Positions 46,477-55,973 of a stretch of DNA of 64,000 nucleotides are shown piece after piece. Location of the stretch: the IMG/VR virus record IMGVR_UViG_3300025610_000020; one strand, written 5' to 3'. Under the pieces are notes generated by a model. It made no database searches. It worked only from the letters and a program-made list of their open reading frames with translations, and was not told the origin of the DNA. This DNA is from an uncultured virus (IMG/VR IMGVR_UViG_3300025610_000020). Taxonomy: Duplodnaviria > Heunggongvirae > Uroviricota > Caudoviricetes. Position 1 is the stretch's first letter, and each line of letters opens with the position of its first letter. Made by a program: the position numbers and the translations under genes.

Positions 46477-48968
46477 CCAAAAAAGTCCTCCAGACTTACA
46501 GTTTTTTCTACAGACCAACCAATAGCATCTAGGATAGCCTTTAAAGGATCCACAAATGCTTTACTAAATTGAAGTTCATAGTCCACATACTTATTCAGAT
46601 CCAGTTCTTTTGGAAAATCCTGGATGAAAGAAAATACATTCTCATGAATTGTATTTGGGACCTTCAAATAACAGAACTTGATTTTCTCACCATTCTGAAT
46701 TAAAGAATACTTGTTTGTAAGTTTCTTATCTTTTATGTAGTGATTAAAGAGAAGAGCTCCACGAACATGAATTGGAGTGCCCTTCTTGTAGATAGAAGAA
46801 CGATCACTGAACTTTTCAACATCACTTACGGATCGAGGAAAAGAAATTTCCTCTGGTGCCATCTTTTTGAACTTTGTTCTAGATTTTTCAATGAAGTTAA
46901 TGACATCATCTTCAGTTCCAGTCATCACAAGTTTGAGGGCATCCTTAATCATCTGGCGACAAGGTGCTGGTGTGGATGATTTGACTGCCTCAATACCCAT
47001 GATCTTAAGTTTAGGTTCTGCATATGCAACACCCTCACTATTCCAGACGTTAAGAATATATCGCTTCTTCGCGGTCCAGATACCACGATCAGCGATATTC
47101 TCACGCTTCATTTGCATCTTCTGGTCATAAGCCGATACGTATGATGCCAGTTCCTGATAAGACTTATCGATAAATGGTTCCAGTTTATCTTGACAGATCT
47201 TGTCAAGTATAGAAACAATCTCTGCTTTATTGCCAGACTTAGCACCAAAAAATTTATCAACAAGAGGTCCAAGATTAAGATAGATTGAGTCGGTATCGCT
47301 AGCGATAACATAATCTACTTCCTCAGTTTTTAAAAGGGTATTTAGATACACATTCATTTTGTTTTCAATCCATCGGATTGAAACCTGGCCAGATAATGTG
47401 ATGGCCTCTGCATTCTCTAGTTTGTAATACCTGAAGTATTGATTACCAATAGCACCATAAGCAGAGTTAAGAGAAATCTTCTTCGCCATTTGAATGTTGT
47501 TACATCTGGCGATCTCCTTTTTAAGTGCATCAGTAGGCGTCTTCTCATACTCCTGCTTTGCTTTGAGCATCCGCTTCTTGAAAATGACACGTTCTCCATA
47601 CATTTTGTCCATCAGTTCTGGAAGAAACCCACGCTTATCTTTACGGAACATAGCGCCATTAGCACAAACAGCGTAGTCCTTATACATCTCGAAGGTTATT
47701 TGCTCATTAAGTATTTTTTCAACTGAAGCTGTTGGGTGTCGTTCATCAAGAAGGGTTTCTGGTGAGATATTGTACTGCATAATAAGATGAGGGTAGAGAG
47801 AGTTAAGGTCAAAACTGACAACCCAATCATACCTTCCAGGAATCGGTTCCTTAACATATGCACCCGCATATTTGTCATCTTTTACACTCCCCTTTTTAGG
47901 TGGAATTACGATGTTCTGTTTCTTGAGATAGTTGTAAATAATACTATCCCACATGCGAACCTGATAAAACACGTCATTATAGTTTACCTTGGCATCATAA
48001 GCCATGGTCAATGCAAGTTCAATCAGTTTCATCTTGTCTTCCAAACGGTCAACAAGTTCCACGTCAATTATATTATATTCTACAAACTTTTGCCAGTCGT
48101 TTGTATAAAAATCTTTAAATGTATCAAACTCACTGTGATCTAGTTTCTTCTGACCAAGTTCAACAGAAGCAATGTGATCCAGTCGATAAGATTCTTGACT
48201 CGTATAAGTAAACTTCTTGTATAGATTCAGATAGTCAAGTTGAGTCACACCACCAACATCAATGCTGAGTTGTTTACGGCCAGCAACAAAGATCTCGCGA
48301 GGTGTCACCAGTCCCCATGGAGACAGACGCTTCATAAGTTTCTCACCCAGAACACGGTTTAGACGCTTTGTGATGTACGGCATATCGTACAGTTCACAGT
48401 TCCAACCAGTGATAATGTCTGGAGTATTCTCCATCCACCAACTAATGAAGTTTGAAAGAAGATGATGTTCAGAATCACAGAGACGATACTCAACATTACT
48501 CTGAGAGTTGTTGAAAGGTTTCACTCCCCAGGTAATAATCTTCTTCGTGGTGTAATGTTGAATAGAGATGAGAAGAATCTCTTCTGCAGCCGATTCCACA
48601 TCTGGGAATCCATTCTCGGACGCAACCTCAATGTCAAGAGTATAGAGATTGATCTTTGAAATATCAAAATGAATTTCATCCTCAGAATACTTCTCAGAAA
48701 TGTATTGATAGATAAAACGCTCATTACCATAGATATTAAAGTCTTCTACACCATCATACTTTTTAATAAACTCACGACAATCGCGAACTGATCCAGGTTG
48801 AATTGGTTCAACATAATTACCCTCAAGAGTTTTGTACTTAGTCTTCTTATTGGAAGATACAAAAAGAGTCGGGTTGAACTTCTCGCGAGTCATGAAACTT
48901 TGACCGTTTTCATAACCTCGGACGAGAAATTGGTCCCCGACCATCTGCACATTGGTGTAAAATCTCAT
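46473..48968 (-). CDS. gp43: family B DNA polymerase (gp43)
   Basis: DIE exonuclease, DLNSLYP, KISLNSAYG, SDTDS. Confidence 0.98.
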   Translation of the reverse strand: MRFYTNVQMVGDQFLVRGYENGQSFMTREKFNPTLFVSSNKKTKYKTLEGNYVEPIQPGSVRDCREFIKKYDGVEDFNIYGNERFIYQYISEKYSEDEIHFDISKINLYTLDIEVASENGFPDVESAAEEILLISIQHYTTKKIITWGVKPFNNSQSNVEYRLCDSEHHLLSNFISWWMENTPDIITGWNCELYDMPYITKRLNRVLGEKLMKRLSPWGLVTPREIFVAGRKQLSIDVGGVTQLDYLNLYKKFTYTSQESYRLDHIASVELGQKKLDHSEFDTFKDFYTNDWQKFVEYNIIDVELVDRLEDKMKLIELALTMAYDAKVNYNDVFYQVRMWDSIIYNYLKKQNIVIPPKKGSVKDDKYAGAYVKEPIPGRYDWVVSFDLNSLYPHLIMQYNISPETLLDERHPTASVEKILNEQITFEMYKDYAVCANGAMFRKDKRGFLPELMDKMYGERVIFKKRMLKAKQEYEKTPTDALKKEIARCNNIQMAKKISLNSAYGAIGNQYFRYYKLENAEAITLSGQVSIRWIENKMNVYLNTLLKTEEVDYVIASDTDSIYLNLGPLVDKFFGAKSGNKAEIVSILDKICQDKLEPFIDKSYQELASYVSAYDQKMQMKRENIADRGIWTAKKRYILNVWNSEGVAYAEPKLKIMGIEAVKSSTPAPCRQMIKDALKLVMTGTEDDVINFIEKSRTKFKKMAPEEISFPRSVSDVEKFSDRSSIYKKGTPIHVRGALLFNHYIKDKKLTNKYSLIQNGEKIKFCYLKVPNTIHENVFSFIQDFPKELDLNKYVDYELQFSKAFVDPLKAILDAIGWSVEKTVSLEDFFG

Positions 48969-49279
48969 TCTTTAATAAATTCTTCGTATGCCTTAACCAG
49001 TTTTTCGTGAGGCTCAACAATAGTAAGTATACTATCAGAATGCATCATTAGAATGTTTTGCTGTGACAGTTCTGAATCTGGCCATCGAACCATTCTTTTA
49101 GTAATATCAGGTTCTTCATCTCGGCACAGAATACGAACTGGATTGATTAGTTTGCAGTCTGGATCACCAGACAATTGCTCAACTTGAACCTGTTCAACCT
49201 TGGAGATCAAAACTAGGTCCAGATTCTTTATCAGTAGGCATTGAATCATTGGTTTCAGAGAAAGAATTGTACATTTCAA
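48965..49279 (-). CDS. hypothetical protein
   Basis: ORF track; true start probably MIQCLL. Confidence 0.65.
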   Translation of the reverse strand: MKCTILSLKPMIQCLLIKNLDLVLISKVEQVQVEQLSGDPDCKLINPVRILCRDEEPDITKRMVRWPDSELSQQNILMMHSDSILTIVEPHEKLVKAYEEFIKE

Positions 49280-49571
49280 CTAGGCTATCTAATGGATCAA
49301 CAACTGTAACGACCCAATCTACTGGAATCATTACATCTTTAGTTTTTGATAGTCGAATCCATTTTGTCATTACAACATCAATGTCTTGACTATTTGATGG
49401 TCCATCACCTTCTTCTTGAAGAAGGATTTCATCTTGATTACAATCATCTTCAAAAACATTCATCGGGTTGTTTAGAAGATAACCAATAACTTTTTCATTG
49501 TCAGAGATCATTTCTTTAATATCAGAAATGAGTTGTTCTCCAGATTTTAAAATTGTTAACTTAACAGCCAT
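49194..49571 (-). CDS. conserved hypothetical (Sm-like fold possible)
   Basis: LKSGEQLISDIKE...DWVVTVVDP; promoter TTGACA-17-TATAAT upstream. Confidence 0.7.
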   Translation of the reverse strand: MAVKLTILKSGEQLISDIKEMISDNEKVIGYLLNNPMNVFEDDCNQDEILLQEEGDGPSNSQDIDVVMTKWIRLSKTKDVMIPVDWVVTVVDPLDSLVEMYNSFSETNDSMPTDKESGPSFDLQG

Positions 49572-49659
49572 TTCTTAGTTGTATTTTTATATATTATAAG
49601 ACCCCGCTTGGTCTTTGTCAAGCGGGGTCAGGCGACGATATTTGGGTGCCCAGGATTAT

Positions 49660-50094
49660 TTAGAGGTAATCTTTACGCTTGTGGGCCTCAGGAACAATTT
49701 TTCCAAGGACAATAGTCAGAAGCCCATCCTCAAAAGTAACTGATCGAACTTCCGTTTCGTCGCTGAGTGTCCAGGAACGTGTAAACGACCGTTGAGCCAC
49801 ACCCTTGTGCAGGTAGTTAGTTTCCGTTTCCTTGTCCTCTTTCTGACCTTCCACGAAGAGTTTGCCATCTTGAGTGTAGACATAGACTTCTTTCTTTTTG
49901 AACCCAGCCAGAGCGAGTTCCAAACGTGATTCAACATTATTTACTGATACTACATTGTAAGGTGGATATTTTGATGTAGTTTCATGAAGACTAAAGATCC
50001 TATCAAAATAATCTTCCATCCCAATACTATTTCGATGAATCTTTTCCATCAACTGCGATAAATCGGCAGCATGATACTTCGATAAACTTGTCAT
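49660..50094 (-). CDS. hsp20: small heat shock protein Hsp20
   Basis: YPPYN, ALAGF, YLHKGVAQRSFTR, FEDGLL. Confidence 0.95.
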   Translation of the reverse strand: MTSLSKYHAADLSQLMEKIHRNSIGMEDYFDRIFSLHETTSKYPPYNVVSVNNVESRLELALAGFKKKEVYVYTQDGKLFVEGQKEDKETETNYLHKGVAQRSFTRSWTLSDETEVRSVTFEDGLLTIVLGKIVPEAHKRKDYL

Positions 50095-50167
50095 TTGTAG
50101 CTCTCCTAAAAGCGAGATTGCGTTTTATGGACCCATTCGGCATCCAATACTATTTAACCATAAAATG

Positions 50168-50201
50168 AAAAAAAGAGATACAGTGAAAACCGTATCTCTT
50201 T
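50168..50201 (-). terminator. terminator downstream of regA
   Basis: AAAGAGATACGG...CTGTATCTCTTTTTTT. Confidence 0.75.
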
Positions 50202-50250
50202 ATAGGGTGTTCCGATTGTAGAGTGTGCCGCACGAAAGACACACTGTTAT

Positions 50251-50688
50251 TTATTCGGTTTCCTGGGGTTTTTTGCGCTTACCAATATTATACTTGGTTT
50301 CTAGTTCCCACTCATCCTTTTCTTTATATGCAAGGACTTTGATTTGATTGAGTGGTGCAATATTAGTAATCTTTTCTACGTCAAATACAGTAATCAGACC
50401 CCAATCAGCTAATAATTGGACAATACGGTTACGTCTTTGTACATCATTTACAGTAAGATTTGCCTTCTTACCATCAAGAGCAAAGAGTTCCTTAAAGTGA
50501 ACAATGAAATATTTGCCTTGCTTGTGCAGAATATGGCAAGATTGATACAACTTCTTTTCTTTTCTAGAAGCAACACCAATACGGGTCAAAGTTTCACGAA
50601 CCTTTAGAAAATCATCTGGTTCATTTAGTGAAATTTGCACCATTTGATCTGGTGCCCACTTTACTTCAGGTTCATTAACGACGCTCAT
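50251..50688 (-). CDS. regA: translational repressor RegA
   Basis: DDFLKVRETLTRIG, LYQSCHILHKQG. Confidence 0.96.
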   Translation of the reverse strand: MSVVNEPEVKWAPDQMVQISLNEPDDFLKVRETLTRIGVASRKEKKLYQSCHILHKQGKYFIVHFKELFALDGKKANLTVNDVQRRNRIVQLLADWGLITVFDVEKITNIAPLNQIKVLAYKEKDEWELETKYNIGKRKKPQETE

Positions 50689-51065
50689 CTTTTTCCTCCA
50701 GTCTCAAGTTTGGATCTAATAAAGTCGATTTGTGTTTTGGTCAGAATCTTCAAAGCCTGGAGTGCTTTTTCATTACTATAACCATAGTAAGTTTTGACAC
50801 AATCAAGATCTTTGATATCTTCTTTACGAAGCCAAGGAGAAAATCTCTTACGCTTTCTCAGACTATTTAGCAAAAAGTCATATTGCATCTTTTTGTCTAG
50901 AAAATGAGACTTGTTCATCTCATTTGCATAGATCAGAGAATCAATTTCTCCAGACAAGCATTTGTTCACAATAAATGAAGGATATTTTTTGATGCAGTCT
51001 GGATCCTTCTCAATCAAATTCTCTTTAGTAAAGTTGATGGAGTTCAGCCATTCTTTCAATTCCAT
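50685..51065 (-). CDS. gp62: clamp loader small subunit (gp62)
   Basis: LKEWLNSIN, ANEMN, RKRKRFSPW; position between gp44 and regA. Confidence 0.9.
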   Translation of the reverse strand: MELKEWLNSINFTKENLIEKDPDCIKKYPSFIVNKCLSGEIDSLIYANEMNKSHFLDKKMQYDFLLNSLRKRKRFSPWLRKEDIKDLDCVKTYYGYSNEKALQALKILTKTQIDFIRSKLETGGKR

Positions 51066-51067
51066 AA

Positions 51068-51208
51068 TCAAAATTTAGCGGTAACAGAAACAATCTTTGC
51101 TCCAGGGTTTCTAGCAATAGCAACCCTTTTTGCATCTTCATAATCACGGGCTATCACTTCTTCTTTGAAGACTGTGCCCACTTTGTATAGAGTGACTTCA
51201 CATTTCAT
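51068..51208 (-). CDS. small hypothetical protein (46 aa)
   Basis: Manual ORF MKCEVTLYKVGTVFKEEVIARDYEDAKRVAIARNPGAKIVSVTAKF. Confidence 0.65.
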   Translation of the reverse strand: MKCEVTLYKVGTVFKEEVIARDYEDAKRVAIARNPGAKIVSVTAKF

Positions 51209-51857
51209 TTTTACCTCTCATAGAAAAATAAACATTTCCAGAAACAGAAACTCTAAACTCATCACTTGTATAAAATGGATAAACTTGATGCATCATTTGT
51301 GATGGAAACAACATCATTGTCCATTCGTAAGACTTATCAACTAACACTTTTTGATTATTCAATGTACCAAAAGGTTCAATCGTAGTAAATTGAAATAACG
51401 AAGTTGAATTCTCGCTATCATTTACTCTATCAAAATATACTTTTAATTCATCGTCCAGATCATATGGAATTTTTACCCAAATAACAAAACTAAAAACTCC
51501 AGTATGATTATGAATTGGATTAAAATCATATTTCTTTGAATAATTTACCCAGACTCTGGAGAGATCAAAGTCATAGTCTTGATCACCACCATCAAAAACA
51601 TTGAATAAACTTATTCCAAAAACCTTTCCATATTCTCTAGATAAAGACTCTGCAAGATATTTCAAATTGGGTGTTATTGGAAGTCTATATTCCTTTTCAT
51701 TATGCCCAGCTAAAGACATACAAAAAGGATCTTTATCATTTTGAAGATTATCAAGAGTTTGTGTCAATTCATGTCTTACTATTTCAGGAACTTTACATGT
51801 CAAATATCCAGGACTAGATATCCAAGTTGAATCATAATCAAAGTTAAAACCAGTCAT
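51198..51857 (-). CDS. putative 2OG-Fe(II) oxygenase
   Basis: WVNY..DFNPIHNH.G.FSFV, FPSQMMHQVYPF, RVSVSGN. Confidence 0.8.
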   Translation of the reverse strand: MTGFNFDYDSTWISSPGYLTCKVPEIVRHELTQTLDNLQNDKDPFCMSLAGHNEKEYRLPITPNLKYLAESLSREYGKVFGISLFNVFDGGDQDYDFDLSRVWVNYSKKYDFNPIHNHTGVFSFVIWVKIPYDLDDELKVYFDRVNDSENSTSLFQFTTIEPFGTLNNQKVLVDKSYEWTMMLFPSQMMHQVYPFYTSDEFRVSVSGNVYFSMRGKNEM

Positions 51858-52966
51858 CGGATAATTTGAATGTCATCGGTTTCAGTCCAGAGTTCAATCT
51901 CATTACGGAATCTACCCTCGGACTTAAGTTTTTCGTATCGTTTACCTGCTTTCTTCTTCCACCACTTGATGATGTTATCAAGTTCATGCTTGTCCCAATT
52001 CTGACCACGACGTAGTTGAGATTGCTCACCAGAAAGAACTTCACGAACATTCTCGTAGCCGTAGTCAGATGTATAGAAACGCTTTTTCTCAGTGAGTGAA
52101 AATGCTTTTGCAATTACACTGTTGAACTTGGCAAGTTTCTCTGAATCTTCAAGAGAGTTCTTGATAAGAGAAATCATCTTGGTTTGTCTCTTCATCTTCT
52201 TAGAAGAAGCTTTATTATCTGTAAGAGGTTCACCACCATTCAAATAGGTGAACCGATCATGCAGACGATGAAACTGCTCATCATGAAGCAGTGGAGTAAA
52301 TTTACTCTCAGTCAAACCACGATACCTAATGAAAGGTTTTAGGCCATCATATTGAGATGCCGATGTGGTAGAACCGTACAGAGATGTAGTTTCAAATAGA
52401 GCAATATCTTTCTCAAACTTCTCACTGATAAACTCCCTGGCAAAGTGAGAGCAACACATAAGTGAAAGCAACTTACCACCCAAAAAGTTATATCCAAAGG
52501 GTTGAGTCGGAACAATCACAAAACCCATACAGGCATGGCGATTAAACAGACTGAGATCTGGTGCCTTTCCAAGCCATAGATTCCTAGGTTTGGAATTGAT
52601 TGTTGGAGATCCTAAACGAATGAATCCAACAACAGTATTGGTCGTAGTTTCCTTTACAATCCACTTGTGTTCTCTTCCAGGAATATTTGATTCATTATTG
52701 TGAGAAGAGACGGCAGCAAGTAAATTCTTATAGTACTTCTGGTCAAGTCCACCCTTGCCAACAGGAATCATGGAGAACTCCATGTCTTCTGGATGAATAT
52801 CAAAGTTGAAGATATCCTCAGAAAATGATGACACGGAAGACATACCATCAAGTACTTCCTTCTTCACATAGCGAAGATAGTCCTCAATACCATTGAGGTT
52901 TTCAAAGTAAGAGATGAATTCATCTGCAGCCCAAACTGCATCATCATGGGATACCGTCTTGATCAT
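51854..52966 (-). CDS. DUF4338-like conserved phage protein
   Basis: VPTQPFGYNFLGGKLL, FETTSLYG..SQY. Confidence 0.65.
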   Translation of the reverse strand: MIKTVSHDDAVWAADEFISYFENLNGIEDYLRYVKKEVLDGMSSVSSFSEDIFNFDIHPEDMEFSMIPVGKGGLDQKYYKNLLAAVSSHNNESNIPGREHKWIVKETTTNTVVGFIRLGSPTINSKPRNLWLGKAPDLSLFNRHACMGFVIVPTQPFGYNFLGGKLLSLMCCSHFAREFISEKFEKDIALFETTSLYGSTTSASQYDGLKPFIRYRGLTESKFTPLLHDEQFHRLHDRFTYLNGGEPLTDNKASSKKMKRQTKMISLIKNSLEDSEKLAKFNSVIAKAFSLTEKKRFYTSDYGYENVREVLSGEQSQLRRGQNWDKHELDNIIKWWKKKAGKRYEKLKSEGRFRNEIELWTETDDIQIIR

Positions 52967-53910
52967 TTAAAGTTACACTCCACCATAATTTCTGTCAGTG
53001 CTGCTAGCAGGTTGATCTCCTGATCAGCGACGAAAGCGATTTGATACTGGTATTTAGCTATGATGAGGACTGCTGCTGCCACAGAAGGTCCCTCAAGGCG
53101 CTCGTAGAGCGCGTCATAGACGTTCCGAAGGATTGTACCTGGATCGTTGTCCAAGTTGTTCACGACCCATTTACGGACCTCTTTGAAGTTCTTGGCCTGA
53201 AGGGATCGCATCAGACCATCAATGTTGACATCAGAGAAGGATGCAAGAATACCAGCATCAATTTTACCACCAACAGCATAACGCTGACACTCATTCAGAA
53301 CACGACGCCAATCTGGGAAGTGTTTGTTGATAAGTTCTACCAGGACCTTGTTATCATATTCAATACCTTCTGCACCAAGGATTTCTTGGATGCGCTTAAA
53401 GAACTTGGATGCGATTTGGGGTTTGTCTGATTTGTTTGTTGTGAACTCAACAACGGCACACCGAGAATGAAGCGGTTCGATGATGCGGTTTTTGTAGTTA
53501 CAGGTGAAGATGAATCGGCAGTTGTTATGAAATGCCTCAATATTCGCCCGTAGGAGGAGTTGTACGTCGTGGGTCGTGTTGTCAGCTTCGTCAATAATGA
53601 TGACTTTTGGTTTACCATTTCCTTGAAGTGAGACGGTCGAAGCAAAGTTCTTGGCCTGGTTCCGTACCGTGTCCAAGAACCGTCCCTCATCAGATCCATT
53701 AATGACATAATAATCAACTCCTAGTTCATTGCAAAGTGCTTTTGCTACAGTAGTTTTACCACAACCAGCAGGTCCTGCCAAAAGAAGATTAGGAACCTCT
53801 CCTTTATCTAGGAAATCCTGAAATGTCTTTTTGATATTCTCAGGGAGAATACATTCTTCAATTGTTTGGGGACGATATTTCTCGACCCAAAGAAATTCAT
53901 TACGACTCAT
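52963..53910 (-). CDS. gp44: clamp loader large subunit (gp44)
   Basis: WVEKYRP, GPAGCGKTT, IDEAD, SRC. Confidence 0.96.
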   Translation of the reverse strand: MSRNEFLWVEKYRPQTIEECILPENIKKTFQDFLDKGEVPNLLLAGPAGCGKTTVAKALCNELGVDYYVINGSDEGRFLDTVRNQAKNFASTVSLQGNGKPKVIIIDEADNTTHDVQLLLRANIEAFHNNCRFIFTCNYKNRIIEPLHSRCAVVEFTTNKSDKPQIASKFFKRIQEILGAEGIEYDNKVLVELINKHFPDWRRVLNECQRYAVGGKIDAGILASFSDVNIDGLMRSLQAKNFKEVRKWVVNNLDNDPGTILRNVYDALYERLEGPSVAAAVLIIAKYQYQIAFVADQEINLLAALTEIMVECNFK

Positions 53911-53913
53911 AAT

Positions 53914-54441
53914 TTAGACCCACTCAGGTTTACGATCTGGGATACGTAGATAATTATCGCATACCCAGGGTTTAGATGCAATATAGCGTTTATAAGCAGT
54001 GAAGATGTCAATGCTTGTATCATATTTGAACTCATCAGGCCCAGCAAAAACAAATGATGTTGGACCCTTACCAGAGCGCCCTGTAGCGTCTCCTGTGGGC
54101 AGAATTTCCTTTGCTACCATCAGAGTACGAAAGCAGGTGTGAACCTTCCCATAGCGCATTTTGTACTCATCACAGAGTGCAATGCCATGTGAAAGCAACC
54201 ACTGCCAATTCATCACAAACTCATTGGCCCATATAGTACATGGATGATTGCGAAAAGCACCCTTCTCAGTGGCATAGGGAGTTCCATCTGCCTTGGGAAG
54301 GGTGCCAAATCCATGACCCCATTTGTCAGAACACACAATAGCAAGCATCTGACAGGTCTCTAAGGGCATCTTGACGATGTGCTTGTCAGGTAGAACTTGT
54401 GCGGACTTCCAGGGATCGGGGTCAGTGACAAAAATATTCAT
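53914..54441 (-). CDS. pyrimidine-dimer glycosylase-like protein
   Basis: MNIF..D, DKHIVKMPLE..QML, NHPCTIW. Confidence 0.7.
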   Translation of the reverse strand: MNIFVTDPDPWKSAQVLPDKHIVKMPLETCQMLAIVCSDKWGHGFGTLPKADGTPYATEKGAFRNHPCTIWANEFVMNWQWLLSHGIALCDEYKMRYGKVHTCFRTLMVAKEILPTGDATGRSGKGPTSFVFAGPDEFKYDTSIDIFTAYKRYIASKPWVCDNYLRIPDRKPEWV

Positions 54442-54773
54442 TCTAAAGGTCTGATGAATTCGTTAGAAACGATGTCACTTGCTTTAAGTTCCATCTTCAT
54501 ATATTCTACACCATCCTGTGGCATGGTGTGGTCCCCACAAGTAAAAATGTCACATACTGCCATGCCTTTTTCTGGCCAGGTGTGGATGCTAATGTGACTC
54601 TCAGAAAGCATGGCGACACAAGTCACACCCTGAGGTTCAAACTTATGTGAGTTTAATGCCAAAAGAGTTGATTTACACTTTTTAGATGCAGCATAAACCG
54701 TATCTCTAATCCACCCTTCATCATCAAGAAGATCTGGTTTACACCCTTTAAGGGTGAATAGTATGTGTCTCAT
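54438..54773 (-). CDS. speD: S-adenosylmethionine decarboxylase proenzyme
   Basis: HKFEPQGVT, ESHISIHTWPE, DIFTCG. Confidence 0.94.
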   Translation of the reverse strand: MRHILFTLKGCKPDLLDDEGWIRDTVYAASKKCKSTLLALNSHKFEPQGVTCVAMLSESHISIHTWPEKGMAVCDIFTCGDHTMPQDGVEYMKMELKASDIVSNEFIRPLE

Positions 54774-55447
54774 TACGAATTGAATTCAGAATCTGGCTCA
54801 AGAGCGATGAAGTAAGTAAGTGGTTGAGACTCAAGTACATTCGTGAACTGAGATAGGCACTTACTGGAGATCGATACTTTATAATTTCCAGGAAGAATTT
54901 TGATGTTCTCAACTTTGAAATTGAAAACGAATTCCTTATCAGTCTCTCCGACTACGATGGAGTGATCGTTTGAAGTATCGTTCTTTTTGTCACGAACAGA
55001 AAGACGGATAACACCTGCTTCACCAATAACAGCCAAATCAGGTAGATCTAGAGTATTTGCAGCCTGAAGAAGTTGACTGAGATGACTGGGAGTAATCTCA
55101 AAAGAAACGTCTTCACTAGGGAGAGTAAGTTTCTTCTCTGGTGGAGAAACAATTACATTAGGATCTGCAAAGAAATAACGAGAACGATTCCGACCCTCAC
55201 GAATGGTTACATAGTTACCTTCTGAGAAATCAAGTTCGGGGTCTTGATATAGACGAAGAACTTTTAGGAACTGTGGCAAATCATAAATTGCAAAGTCTTT
55301 TGGAAATTCTTCCTTGATTTCGGCCTCGGCAAGAATATTCTTCATCACTGAAATAGTGCGAAGTTGATTACCTTTCTGAAATAGAATGGATTGATTAATC
55401 TCAGAAAAGTTAGTCAGGATTGAAAGGGTTTGTTTGGTTAGTTTCAT
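54773..55447 (-). CDS. gp45: DNA polymerase sliding clamp (gp45)
   Basis: NFSEINQSI, FAIYDL.QFL, YFIALE. Confidence 0.94.
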   Translation of the reverse strand: MKLTKQTLSILTNFSEINQSILFQKGNQLRTISVMKNILAEAEIKEEFPKDFAIYDLPQFLKVLRLYQDPELDFSEGNYVTIREGRNRSRYFFADPNVIVSPPEKKLTLPSEDVSFEITPSHLSQLLQAANTLDLPDLAVIGEAGVIRLSVRDKKNDTSNDHSIVVGETDKEFVFNFKVENIKILPGNYKVSISSKCLSQFTNVLESQPLTYFIALEPDSEFNS

Positions 55448-55448
55448 A

Positions 55449-55973
55449 TCAATAGGGGAAATCGGAAGAGTTCTTCTTGTGGAGTCCAGAGAAATGGTAG
55501 AGAAGGATACAATAGTGGATTGCCTTCAAAATGTCAAGACGTGACTTGCCATTCTTTTTACCAAAGCGAGAGAGGTACTTAATCGCATTAGAACGACAGA
55601 AGGCCTCTGCATCTCCAATACTTTCAATCAGATCAAGAGTTTGAGTTTTGGACTCTTGAGATGTATAATGTGACTTATATGTTCCAGAAAGATAATCACG
55701 AATCTCTTTCATCGTGAGATCTTCTTCATATTTCCAGAATCCATTTTTCTCAGTGGATTCTAGATTTAAATCAATTTGATTTTCATTCATATCGTTTTGT
55801 TTTAGTTGTGTAGTCCAACCATCATCATATGCAGATGTATATCTTACATATGTGTCTTGAGCTAATTTGTCCAGAGGATCATCATTCATCACATGTTCTT
55901 CTGGATCAAGATTTCCATTCATTTTATCAAATAGCAAACTCCAAGCATTAACCATAGCAGAAAAGAAAATCAT
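55449..55973 (-). CDS. DUF3310-like protein
   Basis: SHY...FCRSNAIKYLSRFGKK...DILKAIHY; start uncertain. Confidence 0.7.
   Translation of the reverse strand: MIFFSAMVNAWSLLFDKMNGNLDPEEHVMNDDPLDKLAQDTYVRYTSAYDDGWTTQLKQNDMNENQIDLNLESTEKNGFWKYEEDLTMKEIRDYLSGTYKSHYTSQESKTQTLDLIESIGDAEAFCRSNAIKYLSRFGKKNGKSRLDILKAIHYCILLYHFSGLHKKNSSDFPY

Noticed and set aside
32308..48968. Introns or inteins in nrdA, nrdB, gp41 or gp43
   Set aside because: All ORFs are continuous and of ordinary length, with no splicing motifs seen
50095..50120. RNA thermometer over the hsp20 SD (UCUC...GAGA)
   Set aside because: Only a 4-bp stem, too weak to support from sequence alone
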